Below are positions 14,383-32,180 of a stretch of DNA of 64,000 bases, in pieces; position 1 is the first letter of the stretch; every line of letters starts with the position of its first letter. Source of the stretch: the human T2T-CHM13v2.0 reference genome, Homo sapiens. The notes beneath the pieces were generated by a model. That model was not told the DNA's origin, searched no databases, and saw only the letters and a list, made by a program, of their open reading frames with translations. The position numbers were made by a program, and so were the translations under genes. The DNA lies in NCBI RefSeq assembly GCF_009914755.1, contig NC_060932.1; one strand, 5' to 3'.

Positions 14383-14788
<406 letters not shown>

Positions 14789-15832
14789 TAGAGGAGTTAA
14801 GGAGTATATGGAGCCAAATGTTTAAATATTAATAAGTGCATGCTTAAACAACTGTTTTTTAAGTCTGTCCCTAGCATATAGGGCAGCATTTGAAAAACAG
14901 ATGTTAAGAAGGCAATTAATATCTTCCTTATTACAAACTCCCAGAGCCAGCAGCTGCAGAAGCAGCCATGAGCTCTGAACAGGTGAAAAGGTAAAGCTTT
15001 TCTTCAAAATAAAAAAGAAAGTCAAAGTTTTAGTTAATAGCAGTCCCTAATAGTTCACTGTAATGAGAAACCTGTCAATCTATATCTGGGTGTTCATATT
15101 TGTTTATGCCATGCTTTATTCCAATTATTATATTTAGTCAAATTAGAAATTTACTTATAGTATGTTATTAAATATTTTTCGCTAGAACAAGAATGAATTA
15201 GTGAACTCTCAGAATCTTTTTTGGCCTAAAGTTGAATCTATAATCAAACATGGGTGCTAGTCATCAGATGCCTATTACACAAAATAGCATGCCTGAGAGG
15301 AATCCATCAGCTTCTATAGGACTTTTCTTGTAACTTTAAAGCCAGAATTCAAATCCTCAAGGGAGTGCAAGTTTATGATGCTTCACAGGTACTGATGTGC
15401 TTTGCTCACTCACCTTCAGGCTTGTACATATGCTACTTTCTCTGCTAAAACCCTCTTCTCTGTGTTCACCTGGCTAACTGCTAACTCATCATTCAGGTCT
15501 CAGTAGAGATGCACTTCTCTTGATTCCCAAGTATCAGTCAAAAACTCCTTTAAATAACTCTGGGCTTCCTCTAACACACCTGGATTGTAGTCACCTATTT
15601 ACCTATATCACCCTCAAGGTGTGTGCTCCAAAAGAGCAGGAACCATGTCAGAAATGTTCACCATTGTAATCTGAGCACTGGCACAGTTAACTAACATGTA
15701 ATGTCCACTCAAAAGACTCGGTTAGAAATGCTATAAGGGTATCTCATTATAATTAGGATCCAGCATATCATTGGTATTCAAATGCTGTTAAGAGCACACC
15801 CACGTAAGCAGCAACAAAGCCCAACAAGATGT

Positions 15833-16138
15833 TCTTTTTTTTTGTTTTGTTTTGAGAGAGAGTCTCGCTCTGTCGCCCAGGCTGGAGTGCAGTGGCGCGA
15901 TTTCGGCTCACACTGCAAGCTCCGCCTTCTGGGTTCACGCCATTCTCCTGCCTCAGCCTCCCGAGTAGCTGGGACTACAGGCGCCTGCCACCACGCCCGG
16001 CTAATTTTTTGTATTTTTTTAGTAGAGACAGGGTTTCACCGTGTTCGCCAGGATGGTCTCAATCTCCTTACCTCGTGATCCGTCCGTCTCGGCCTCCTAA
16101 AGTGCTGGGATTACAGGCGTGAGCCACCGCGCCTGGCC
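15833..16138 (-). mobile_element. AluY with target-site duplication
   Basis: Y-diagnostic positions; aacaagatgttctt on both flanks. Confidence 0.93.
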
Positions 16139-16343
16139 AACAAGATGTTCTTGATGCTATGTTGTTTATTCCATTTACAGACTGGGTGAAAATTGAGTTT
16201 GGGAAAACTAAAGAATTTATGAGTGAATGTTTGTTAAATGGAAAAGGTTAAAGATAGCAGGAAAACCAAATTAGGTTGTCTAGCAACATGAGATTATTAT
16301 GTATTTATACAAATCCATTTTAGAGAAGTATTACATACATTAC

Positions 16344-16446
16344 CTCAGAATCTGTTTTCAGTTGTGTGATATAAAATTTCCTCCTCCGATTTGCATTTTT
16401 ATCTTGAACAACAATTTCACGCCAATTTCTGCTTACTTTCCAAACA
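16344..16446 (-). CDS. FBXO43: FBXO43 coding exon 3 (C-terminal half of F-box)
   Basis: atag|T GTT TGG ... GAG|gtaatg; 103 nt, phase 2-0; (S)[34 protein letters not shown]; not in the ORF track. Confidence 0.95.
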
Positions 16447-17479
16447 CTATAACAAAAAGATCCATCCTTATATTGCATACATTCTATAGCATTAACATTT
16501 TGTTGTATACGCTAACTAATGAGAAAAATTTGTTTTAAAGATTTCGGGCAGTAAATTTAAACCTAAAAATTTACATAAAAATGTGACTTGGTCAACATTG
16601 TTATTTCATATTAATTCATCATATAAAAGAATTCCAATTGTATATGCCAGCAATATACAGATAGATTACTCTTTTATAAATGGTCATATAAAGCCAGTAT
16701 GAGTCCACTGGGAGACTGATTAAGAGGATTTAACTTCAAATGTAACATTAAAAATTTGGAACAAGAGATGCAGGAAATGATTGTCATCTATAACACAAGA
16801 GGTTTCATCAATTTCTCCTATTCCTGTGTTTAACAAATCTCTGTCATTTTGATTACATAAACACAAGCACAATTAATCCTTCATTGGCATTACTAAGTGC
16901 CAACTATAAATACTATTATGGGTCGCACCACAGAGTTCCTATTTCATTAACCAAAGTTTATGAATATGAAGCAGCTAAAGAAAAAACACAATTTTTGTCC
17001 AGTGATTGCTGATTTATCAATAACTTTGATAATATTATTATTAAAAAGTAAGACTTTGACTATTAATCTGGTCTTTCTTTGTTATTCTAACAAATCAAAA
17101 GGAGTAAGGTCAGAAAAGATTGAAATAAGTCACTTCTTACGGAGGGTCCCAGTTGTCAACGCTACTATTCTTCCAGCTACCATGCCCACTTCAATTGTCA
17201 TTGACTCTCTCTAGGCTGATATATGTGCCCTATATCAGAGGGAAGGAAAGGAACAGGCAGAAGTCACCCAATGATGGGGAAGAAATGAACTACATAATTG
17301 GGTATTTGCCACAGACATTGCAACTGATCAACTCTCAAGTTACCAGGAACAGTACTGCCAACATAGTTACATACTTTGCAGTACAAATACTGTATGTTTG
17401 GAGAGATGGGAAGGAGAGATAATTGTTGAAATATGACTGAAAATCAACTGCTCACATAAGCAAGCACCCAAAAGTGTCA

Positions 17480-17725
<246 letters not shown>

Positions 17726-18010
17726 TTAAAAGGCACACAATATGGGTGCACTAATCTGTTTATTATCCTACCTAAGATACACCAAATACATTCTTGATCA
17801 AATCTATTCCAGAAAGCCTTAAACCTTAATAAGAGTTTATGGAAAAATACTGGATTAGAAATCAGAGGGCTCATTATAGACCTAGATCTATTCCTGTCGC
17901 CTTGAGTGGCTGTTAGCAGGTCACTTCTCTGGGGCTCATTTCCTCATCTGCAAAACATGTGAACTAGATACCTTAGAAGACTTCCAGCTAAGAAATCCTA
18001 CAGTTCTCTA

Positions 18011-18268
<258 letters not shown>

Positions 18269-18969
18269 CTATCAAGAAAGAGGCTCACTAACTTCCCGCA
18301 TGCTCCTCCATAACCATCATCTTGCAGAAATCCTGTTCCACATGACTTCTCTCCTTCATTGCCACGGCATTCCCATGGGTCTTGTCTTCTGATAGTCCTG
18401 TAACTCCCCCAAATTGGCATGAACAGAGTCTCATTTTAGTCTTTGTAACCTTAGTTCCCACCCTCAATATTCTGAAATTTGTTTCTCCTTATTATGTAGC
18501 AGCATTCAATCTACTGCAACATCTGTGAACACAAATTCTTCAGTTTCTAATTTCTTGAAATTCCCCAAAGTAATTAACTTTCACTGCTGTGTTAACAATA
18601 AAAATGAAATAATCCACATTCCCCTGGTTCTGGAAAGATCAAACCCTAAAATGAAAGCTAACGATTGTTTTTAAATTCTAGAACTTAAATAATTAAGTGG
18701 TATTATTTGTACACTGTCATTTCTCGGTCACCACAATGCATTACATTATTTCTGACCAAGTGTCATAACTTTAATACTGCTTGCAATCTGACAATATGAT
18801 CTGAACTATTAAATCATTAAACAACTTCCATGGAATACAGCTTGCCATCTTGAAAATTTAAAATTCAACTTTTAGCAACTCTCTTTCCAAATAACAGTGA
18901 CAAGAACTTTATTCAGAAAAAAAAGACTATATTATTGCTACTTAAGCAGGCTTTTAAACAGAAGGATCA

Positions 18970-19323
<354 letters not shown>

Positions 19324-19461
19324 TCACTTAAACTATCTTTGATATAAGACAACAAAAGACAGAGATAATAAAACAAAATAAAGGACAACCACTCAAGTCA
19401 CAGAAAAACTTTTCAACTTAAAAAAAGAAGTTTTATTTCATAAACAACTCTTACTTCTTAC

Positions 19462-20947
19462 CTGCATAGGCTCTCTGCGGTCAAGGACTCTAAAACCATA
19501 GCAAGAATATGCTTTAAATTTCTATATTTTAATTCTGTTAAGATGTCCAGTTTTTCTATACCCATTTTCTTGCCAATCAGTCCTGCAAGTATACACTGCA
19601 GTACAGCTATTTTCTCCCCATCCCCTTGCTCTAAGAATTCATGTCCACTATTTTCCTGTAATCTTTTCCTCTTGCTTTTCATGAACAGCTCATGTACCAA
19701 TTGCAAGGCTGGGGTCTTTGATAAATTCTTTAAGCTAAAGGTCAAATCCCCACTCTCATCACTACTCAGCTGACCCTCTGAGATGGCAGAAGCAGCTGCT
19801 GCTCTTTTTTCAGAGTCAGGGTGGACAATCTGCTTTTCCTCTTCTGTCTCTGACTGCGAGCTTTGTTCCCGAAGGGTGGACAGTCTTCTCGACCTTCCAA
19901 GATGTCTTGTCTTTCTTATGGTGTCCCCAACTTTGGGAGTCCCCTTATGTTTCTGCAGTAGTTCTTGAAAAGAACCCTCCTGGTCAGACAGGGAATCTTC
20001 TGATTTCTCCAAGCTAAGTGAGTTAAAACCACTGTCTTCAGGCGTTGAAATACTGCCTCTCACTTCAGGTGAAGGAGAAAGTATTTGACTTGCGTTAAAT
20101 CTAATGTTTGCCACAAGATTACTTATCGGAGTCACAAATATGTCCTCATCTGTTCCACAAGTTGTTCCACTAACAGAGGAGCCCAGGAGCTCTGGACATG
20201 CATTCTCATCATTAATGCATAAACTGCTATCACTAAAGTCATGTGTGATAGAGTCTTTAAAATTATTGCCCTGAATTGGAGATATACATTCAACTTCAAA
20301 TAGGCTACAATCATCTTTGGAATCATCAATTGTGGAAGTCTTTTGCTGAGAAAAATTAAGCCTCAATTTTTGACTGCATGAAGTCACTTCTTCTGTTTTT
20401 AAAGTGCTAGTAACTAAAGGGCTAAAATTATTTGCCCTGGAAAAACCTGAAGCACTGCTTGGAATATTTTTTTCTAAGTTGATAACTTGGCTTATACTAC
20501 TTTCTAAAGAACTATTTTGTGATTCAAAGTCCCCTTTTAGAAGAGCGAAAGATACATTCAACCTTCTGCGAGGTAAACATTTTTTCCCACTGATTTTAGG
20601 TGTTTCACAAAGTTCTGGGGTTTTATCCTTTTCCTTTCTAGGCAAGATACATTTCTTTTTTTGAGTGGGAGATTCTAAAGGATGTGTTAAGCCCAGGCCT
20701 GAAGTTTCAGGGTGCTCATAGAGTAATGTTGGGCCTTTTTCTTTCTTTCCAAGATATTCTTTATCTATATTATCAAAGCTACAAGATTTTAACTCATTGT
20801 AGCCACTATCTTGAAATGAAGATGTGGAACAAAAATCTCTGAAGGTGGAGTACTTGGAGTTGACAATTGGAGGAGAGTCCGCCCCATTTCCTGCTTCAGT
20901 GCCAGCTTGACCTGAGTGCCTTTGCGACATCTTCAAAATCTCTGTTT
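19462..20947 (-). CDS. FBXO43: FBXO43 large coding exon 2 (DSGYNE and DSGFNS degron-like motifs, RRLSTL kinase site, start of F-box)
   Basis: ttgcag|AA ACA ... TGC AG|gtaaga; 1486 nt, phase 1-2; matches the 492-aa ORF 19458..20936. Confidence 0.97.
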
Positions 20948-22534
20948 CTGCAAAGTGACAACAAAGTTATTCTGCCTTTGAAATGAGTATCCAGGCAGCT
21001 TATACCAAAATACATTATTTGTTATGAGTACAGATAATAATGGAAAATTGTATGACAATTTTTGAAAAGTTACTTTAAAAAAACAATTCTACTCCATAAG
21101 AAACTGATGTGTATCCTACTTAAAACGAGTTCTTGACATCACAAAGCCAAAATGTTCAGGTTATAAATATTCAAAGATCACTTGATTAATCATAGGCTAA
21201 GCATCATGCACACATATTTTATTGAGCTACCCTAAAGAGAAAAAAACCTAGAAGCATTATTTTTAGATTATTTTATTACCTTATGATTTTCACAGAACTA
21301 AACAATTTTGATTTTAATATTCCAGCTTATTTGTGCCAGCCTATATTAGTCTACTCAAAAAATGCTATATGCTACTTTTTAAACACCTTGGGGAATGTGT
21401 CAAATAATGAGTGCTGCCTCTAGATCTACCTGCAATCAGGCTGAACAACTCAAGTAATGTTCAAACATGTAACATAGACCTGTTGTAGAAACCTAGTCCC
21501 CATAACCATTCACGAGATGTGAATTCCCAGACTTAAGACTTTGCAAAGACTGGCTCATCAATGAACTACTAACACATTCTTCTTGAGCTAACCATAATGA
21601 ACCACTGCACCACAGATAGGGCCATTTCAAACTTGGCATGTTGTACTTATTCATATCTCACTTTCTAAATATTTTGTGATGCAAGGTCCAGTTTCAGCCT
21701 TGAATTCACAGTTAATAGGCAACTATTTATGGGAAAACCACCATTTAAAATATTCTTGAAGTTGCAAATAAAGAATGCAACTCAATTACTTAAAGAACAG
21801 TTACTCAGTAGTTACATGAGCAAGGAATGACACTAAGAAATATTTTACTCCTTAAACTTTTCAACAGTGTCATCACATTCCTTCTTTTTAGAAACTTGAA
21901 ATAAATCTTAAAGCTAACAAATTTGTTTTGACAAAAATAGTGTTAAGAAAAAAATTTATTATAGTTTTTGATATTTTTCCAGATGATTCAAAGGACATGA
22001 AGAAGACTGTCATTCCTTCAAAGTTTTCTCCAGGACAAATGCACAATTTTTCTCCATTAAAAGATCCTGGGAAGATCTATTTATTGGCTGTAATGCGACA
22101 GTAATTTATTTATGCTTAAATTTAATCAGATATATGAGTGAATGATCTTTGTTACAAAAGCAAATTGCTACTCTAAACACAAAATATTTCTTTATGGTTT
22201 GATGATCATTAAAAGATTATTTTTACTAAACAAAGTCTAAGTATTTTTTAACCTTTTAAATCTATACTCGTTTTTGATAAATGTCATACATGTCCCCTTC
22301 TGATCTACATCCTCTCAGATCACTGCTAACTTCTGCACATGGTCACAAACCAAATAGATTTATCAAATTGCTTTTTATAATTTTGTTATATTTTTAAACA
22401 ATTTTGTTTTACAAATATTAAATTAATAAAGTAGAATGCATATTAAAATTACATCTCCACCCATGAACTGTTTTCTCCCTCTCTGAAGGTAATTCTGTTA
22501 AATAACACTTTTCACTCAATTTGCGTCACAGCCC

Positions 22535-22852
<318 letters not shown>

Positions 22853-23430
22853 GGTCACGGTCCTTTTAAAAGGTTATGGCAATTGTACTGCTACTTCACC
22901 ACTAGGTGTCTCACAATGCTAGAATTTGGGAAACTCAGAGGCAAATTGTTAAAAACAAAGTGGGGAATGCAGATATTATCTCTTTCCTCTAAAATGTTAT
23001 CCAAAAATCTATTCTGGCCGGTGGCTCACGCCTGTAATCCCAGCACTTTAGGAGGCCGCGGCGGGAGAAATGCTTGAGTCCAGGAGTTTAAGACCAGCCT
23101 GGGTAACATAGTGAGACCCCATCTCTTAAAAAAAAAATTGTTTCTGTTCATCTACACACTTGAAGTTGCCTCCAACGTCCTTTCTCTGCTAGCATTTTCA
23201 TCTTTCTACTACCCCAAGACGTTGGTCTCAAACGTGGTTCTTCGCAACTGAATTTTAAAATTATTCATGTAAAATCATGGACTGTCTGTTGTATTTTATG
23301 GACTCAACAGTTCGCGGATAAATCAATCAAGCCTCTTCGATATTCATTTTTAAAAACTAGGCTTCTGATAAAAGGCTGAGAAAACTTATTCCTAAAGTGT
23401 TCTTTAAGAAAAAAAAAAAAAAAAGCAGCA

Positions 23431-23804
<374 letters not shown>

Positions 23805-23830
23805 TCATTTGTTAAAGTGGAAACTCTTAC

Positions 23831-23915
23831 CATCAGTAAATCTTGAGCTCTTAGATGTCAAAGTTACGTAGGCTTCCAAACAAGAAATTCTCTCATCTTT
23901 GTCTTTAAAACTCAT
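23831..23915 (-). CDS. FBXO43: FBXO43 first coding exon (ATG at 23915)
   Basis: MSFKDKDERISCLEAYVTLTSKSSRFTD-G|gtaaga; 85 nt; the five exons sum to 2127 nt = 708 aa + stop with all phases matching. Confidence 0.95.
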
Positions 23916-24169
23916 GCCAAAATAATGCCACTTAAAGAGGAAAACTTTAGTTTGCACAATTAATTGAAAGGTGCAGCAGCATCATGATTGCTCAAAGTCG
24001 AAGGGTACACAGGGTGCATGCCGCAGGGATTATTCCTAACACTTGAGAAGGTCTAAATCATTTTGAATTTCCTTCAGCCCTCCAGAAAATAGTTATCTTA
24101 ATATCCTTGTTTTCTCCAGCTGGACTTAGACATGAGTAAACTTCCCAAATTCGGGTTCCTGAAAAGGCA

Positions 24170-24790
24170 GCGTGTGCTGCAGCCTGGCACTGACTCCCCC
24201 GAGGAGCTATGGCGGGCGGGTGGGTAACGGTCTCACCAGGGCGTCAAAGATCCGCTAGGCCCAGAAAGCCAAGGGCAGCAGGGGATGGGCTGGCGTCACC
24301 AGGAGCGGAGGAGTGAGGGCTGCCGCGCGCCTCCCTAGGCCCAGCACCTGGAAGACACAGGGCGACGCGGGGCCGGGCCGCCGGGAGACCCGCTAACGGG
24401 CACTCGCCTGGGGTCCCGCCGCCTGCCTGGAGGCCGCGGGGCCGGGCGAGGCGCCGAAGCGGACAGGTGGGAGAGGAGCCGGGCAGCAGCCGCTGGATGG
24501 GCCGGGGAGAAGCCTCGGCCTCGCCCCCTGGGATGCGGGCTATGGCAACCCCCACGCCAGCTTCGCGTGGGGCCGCTGCCTTTACCTCCTTAGGTTTGAA
24601 CGGCCCGCCCGGGGTAACCGCTAAGCGCAGCCCCGCCCCGCGCCGCGCTGTCCCGCCCCTTCCTCCGGCTCTGCAGCGCTCCCGCCCGGCCGCCCGCAGG
24701 CCTGGGTCCTCGCTTGAGCGGGAGGAGCGCCCCCTCTCTCGCTCACCCCTGCACCCGTCCCGAGGCGGGTCAGAAAGGCTCTGCTTCTCC
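24170..24790 (-). promoter_or_regulatory. FBXO43: FBXO43 CpG-island promoter / 5' UTR with alternative donors (CTG|gtgaga at 24236, GAG|gtaaag at 24585)
   Basis: very CpG-rich; GC boxes at ~24630-24660; immediately 5' of the ATG exon. Confidence 0.85.
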
Positions 24791-25556
24791 CCATTCCCAC
24801 TTTGGGAAGCATTACCGTATTTAGGAATGCTAACGTGGCCTACAGTGGGATGCCATTAGAAATCATGTATGAGAATGTTCCCTTGGAAATGATTCTCCAA
24901 ACTGTCAAGTGCAAAAAGCAAGTTACAAACTGACCCCTTTTAGGTTAAAAATATGGATATACACAGGATGAGGTCTGAAAGGTATGAATAACTTGGATAC
25001 GGTAAATTTGTACAGGATTATGTTTGCTTTTTAGTTCTTTTTATCTGTGTTTTCTTCTCATGTTTCAACAATGAATATATACAGATTTTGTGATAAAAAA
25101 GCTGAGCCGGGCCTGGTGGCTCACATCTGTAATCCCAGCACAGAGGTGGGAGGATCACTTGAGCCAAGGAATTTGAGACCAGCCTGGGCAACATAGTGAG
25201 ACCCCCATCTCAAAAAAAAGATTTTTAAAAAATCTATTCATAAAAACCAGAGTGAAATGTGTTCATTGTTTACAAACATCCATTTTTGGGCATCATGAAC
25301 TCCCAAGTACCCTCAAAGCCAAATAAATTTTTTAAACCCTAATTTTTTCATTCAATAAATATTTACTGGGCGTCTATTATATGCCAGGGACACTCCTGCT
25401 GCTCTTGGCAGCTTCTTCCTAGTCTCCTTTTTCTGGCTTCTTTTCCTTGGCCTACTCCCTAAATGAGAGGTCCTACCTCAGCATTTTTATTAGTTTATCA
25501 TCCCATGCTTATGTAATTCTTATTCAGAACTTCAACCATCACTTTTAAGCCAATAA

Positions 25557-27487
<1,931 letters not shown>

Positions 27488-29299
27488 CTTTGCTTTCCTT
27501 TCTTGCATTGGGTGTCATCCCATCACTGACTTCAGAACTCTAAAACCCACCTGCTTGCCACAAAATCTGATGCTTCTTTTTGGGACCATCCAATAAAACG
27601 TAATGGGAGATTTCCCAAATTACCATGATATTCAAGCTATCTGGATATATTTAAGTGAATATAATCAAGGAAAAAGGAAAGACAGAGATTCAGGGAAAAA
27701 ATAGCAACTTGCATCTCCATAACCTTCTTAATAAAGAGTTAAAAGCATTGTTTTCCAGGATGGCAAGACAACTACCCCCATTAAAACAGAGCAATGCAAT
27801 GATGTCTGGCATGTAGTACATGCTCAGAAAAAGTTAATGCTATCATTGATAATAGTGTAGCTTACACTGACCAAACTCCCAAGTGATCCTAGAACTACCA
27901 GTCTCTGTTGATAGGAAAGAGCGTGTTGGATTGGGAACTAGCACCAACATGAATTCTTGTTGAAATTCTGGATCTTCTTGCTATGACTTGTCATTACTTT
28001 GCCCTTTTGTAGGGCCCCAGGACCCATTTGTATTCTACATATGTTGATCCATTCTGATCTCCATAAATTGTTCTGCACGAGAATTATCTTGATATTTCAA
28101 CTGGAGAGTTAATATACAAGAGAGCTTGTAAATATGAAAGTTTGACTTTTGGGATCACTCTGTCATCTTTCTCTTAGGATAACAATGGTTCCATCTAATA
28201 GTTCTTACAGGGAAGCCTATTGTGCCTCTTGTATTAGATCACCTCTTTGGTTAAGAGGAGAGGTACTTTGTAACAGGGCTAATGGTTAAAATATTTATGC
28301 TCTGTTAGCCTGTCTGTGAAGAAAGAAGCCAGGAACTGCTGCGTTTTCCTGAAGGGTTTTTAAATGGCATCTTCCTGGAAAGATCAACTTAAATCTCTCA
28401 AGCTGGTCTGGGGAGATGCAACAGAAGGAGTTTGAACTTCTGGAAGTGAAAGGTGAAGCTCAAAGTTCTCAGATTTCTGGATGGAGGGCCCGAAAGGAGT
28501 ATAACCTGCTTAATAAAATATCAGACATAGTGCGTGTTGGGAGAAAGAACGCCTACTTCTTTCACTAACTTTAAAATAGTTATTAACAATTAAGTTATTT
28601 TTAAATTTTTTAAAATAGCTTCATTTTCTTCACCCTACTAAGTAAAATATCTTCTGGAAAAAAAGGAAACAAATGTAAACTTTCTGAACCCAACTGATCC
28701 ATCATACTGAAATTCTGATACTTGAAAGAACGCACCTCCACTGAGCAGGGCGTTTTGTTCTTCTATGGTGGAATACATAGAACGGAGGGCGGGTGAGTAG
28801 ACAGCGAAAGCTACCAAAATCTCTTAGATTTAAGAGGGAGTTGTTCATGTAGCTACCGTCACACTAACCTTTGCTTTAAAACAAGTAAACGGATTGGGCG
28901 AGGGATGTGACAGTAGCCTATCAGAGAAGGGGCCAGAAAGCAAAAACAAAATCAAGAGAAAGGTAGGAGGCAGCTGCCCCACTGCCCCAGTACAGATATC
29001 AAACAATTTTTAAAAACAATCTGGAAAAGTGTTTTTCTACGTGAAAATCATTGGTGTAGTCGATTCTTCTATGTTCGTCCGAGTAACGGCTATCCTAGTA
29101 CTTCTCGGACACTGTCATCTCGGTTTTTCTTCTAACCCTCTACCCTTCTGGAAAAGTGTTACTTTGTACCACTACATTAGTCAGAAACACACACCGCCTT
29201 GTACTTGCATAACTGTTAAAATGCTCTGCTTTCCTGCAAAATTAAAATAGCTGGGGACCAGGCACTTAAACCCGTAGAATCTAATAGACAGAAAGCCCC

Positions 29300-29420
29300 T
29301 GCTTTACCGCCTTTGCGCCATCCGGGTTGTCTGGCCACGCCTGGGGCGGAAGGGGCGGGGAGTAAGAGAGAGAGAAAGAGAGACAGCACTGTGCGTCATG
29401 TACCAGCGCCGGAAGTTGGT
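29300..29420 (+). promoter_or_regulatory. POLR2K: POLR2K TATA-less promoter
   Basis: GC boxes at ~29343-29360, TGCGTCA 29392-29398, ETS/GABPA CCGGAAGT 29409-29416, YY1-like CGCCAT 29316-29321. Confidence 0.75.
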
Positions 29421-29484
29421 CTCGACACCTGGACTAGCCGGGTTGTATTTGGAAACGCGGAGTGAGTTTTTCCGTGCTGTGTAG
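29417..29484 (+). other. POLR2K: POLR2K non-coding exon 1 (start approximate)
   Basis: strong donor TAG|gtaagc at 29485 within a CpG-rich promoter. Confidence 0.8.
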
Positions 29485-30115
29485 GTAAGCGAATTGGCGG
29501 GTTGAGGTTTGTGGTGGATATTTGGGCCAAAACTGGAAAGACACTTGGGGTAAAAAGGTCCGGTATGGGGGTAGAGTTGAGAGTGGCTGGGGATACGGTC
29601 CATGCTATCGCTCTTTTCCCTATTTTCTTTTAGTTTAGATGTTTAGCCAGTAGGAGTTATTTCATTGTTCTTCGCTCGGTGAGCCTGTTCCCCTGTTGAG
29701 GGATATAATTTTTTTTGGCTAACTTCTGCTAGAGTTTGGGAAAATAGAACTTGTGTTAAACGAGAACGCGAGCTTTACAGTCAGATCTGTATCCCTTTGA
29801 CTTTTAGTAGCTGAGTGATCCTGCGGAAATTAACATGTCTAAGTATCGGTTGCGTCCTCTGTAAAACAAGAGTGATGTCTCCTAGGATTGTTATGAAGAT
29901 TATAATGGCCTAACACGTATGAAGTAGTTATTATGTCCAGTTTGGGGTAAACGCTCAATACTTGTGTGTATGCGTTTCGTCCTTGAGACCTAACCCATAG
30001 GATTTGGGGAAAGGAACAGATTAGGAATTGGATCTTTGTAGCTTTTCCTGAGAAAAATGGGCCCGGATGGACTTGTGAGAAGCCCTTTTGAGATATTCAG
30101 TATTTGAGTCTGTGA

Positions 30116-30214
<99 letters not shown>

Positions 30215-30567
30215 TAAGAATATTTTATTTAAGTTTTTTTGAAATTGTTACATTTATTCTTTGCTTAAATGAGTTACTGGTCTTCAGAGTTATAAAGTAG
30301 AACACTTTAGCAACCATAAAAAAAATCGTTGAGGTCAGTAGACCTGGGTTCGTCCTTGGTCTTCTGTTTACTAACAGAAAAAAACAAAGCTCGTTGAGAT
30401 TTCATTCTCTCTCCTGGAAATATGCATGGCCTACAACCTTTTTCTTTCCTATTTAATATATTTAATAAAAGCAGCAGACCCTTGAGATTGAGTATATTTT
30501 AGTGTTTTGGATTGCCTTAGGTAAATAATACAGTTAAGATAATTTGTCTGTAATATTTTCCTCTTAG

Positions 30568-30738
<171 letters not shown>

Positions 30739-30913
30739 TAATGCTGGGGTTGATAAAGATTAATTTCTGGTTAAAATGATAACTTTCTGGATTACAGTAC
30801 TTAAAAAACAAACATGATTAGCATTTTCATGGACCAATGCATAGGCTCTAAATAATCTAAATAATGCTAGTTGATTTTGGTTCTCATAAATTTATTTTTT
30901 AGGGATTCTGTGC

Positions 30914-31216
30914 AGTCAAGCTTGAGGATAGGGATACATTCTGAGAATTGTGTCCTTAAGCAATTTCATCATTCCTACAGAAACCTAGACCGTATATCCT
31001 ACTATACATACACATCTAGGCTATATGGTATAGCTTATTGCTGCTAGGCTACACACCTGTACAGCATGCTATTGTACTGAATAGACAATTGTAACACAAT
31101 GTTTTTGTATATCTGAACATAGAAAAGGTACAGCAAAAATAGAGTATAATCTTATGCGACCACTGTTTATATGTGCTCCATCTTTGACCAAAACGTCATT
31201 ATGGGTGCATGACTAC
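30914..31216. mobile_element. Tigger3a/MER7-like MITE
   Basis: cagtca...gggatacattctgagaa start and cgtcattatg..gcatgacta end resemble Tigger3 TIRs. Confidence 0.65.
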
Positions 31217-31527
31217 ATTTATATAAGTATTCATTCTTGAGCTTCAGTTTATGGACAAGCTAAAGTTCACGAGGAGAAATACAAATATTGTGTATACTAC
31301 CTAATGGAAAAAGTTGGGCATACAAATTGTTCAAATACTGAGAGTAGGCCCAGCATGGTTGCTCACACCTATAATCCCAGCACTTTGGGAGGCTGCAGGA
31401 GTTCAAGACCAGCCTGGGCAACATAGTGTGACCCCCATGTGGAAAAATAAAATACAGAGTAAATTGTTATGATACAACTAACACACATTGTAAATCGACG
31501 GATTATCCGCTTTAACATTACTTTAGT

Positions 31528-31842
31528 GTTTTTTTTTGTTTGTTTTTTGTTTTTTTTTGAGACGGAGTCTCGCTCTGTCACCCAGGCTGGTGTGCAGTGA
31601 CGCAATCTCGGCTCACATTGCAAGCTCTGCCTTCCGGGTTCATGGCATTCTCCTGCCTCAGCCTCCTGAGTAGCTGGGACTACAGGCACCCGCCACCATG
31701 CCCGGCTAATTTTTTTTATTTTTTAGTAAAGATGGGGTTTCACCATGTTAGCCAGGATGGTCTCGATCTCCTGACCTCGTGATCCGCCCACCTCAGCCTC
31801 CCAAAGTACTGGGATTACAGGCGTGAGCCACTGCGCCTGGCC
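31528..31842 (-). mobile_element. AluY (next to a plus-strand Alu monomer at ~31347-31455)
   Basis: Y-diagnostic sequence; ctttagtgtttttt on both flanks. Confidence 0.9.
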
Positions 31843-32068
31843 TGCTTTAGTGTTTTTTGATACATTTTATGGAAAAGGTGGTAATAAAAATTGAAAGTGT
31901 TTTTAGTTTATTTAAAAACCAGTTGTCATAGTAAATAGTGAATTCCATTCTTTTTTGCATTTTAAGTTAAATAACAAACCAGCTTATTGCAAAGAGAAAG
32001 TGACTTTGAAACCTTCAGTCTTAATAATGTTTAAGTACCGTTTTTGTCCTTAACTCAAATTAATACAG

Positions 32069-32091
32069 TGGTCGTTTTTGATGCTCGATGA
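32069..32091 (+). CDS. POLR2K: POLR2K last coding exon
   Basis: (L)VVFDAR-TGA; total CDS 61+93+23 = 177 nt = 58 aa. Confidence 0.96.
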
Positions 32092-32180
32092 ATGCTGGGA
32101 ATTCAGAGGAATGTCTTCACTTATACTTGGATTTGCTCTCTTCCCATTTCTGATTGTTGTATAGCTTTCGATTTTGCTTA

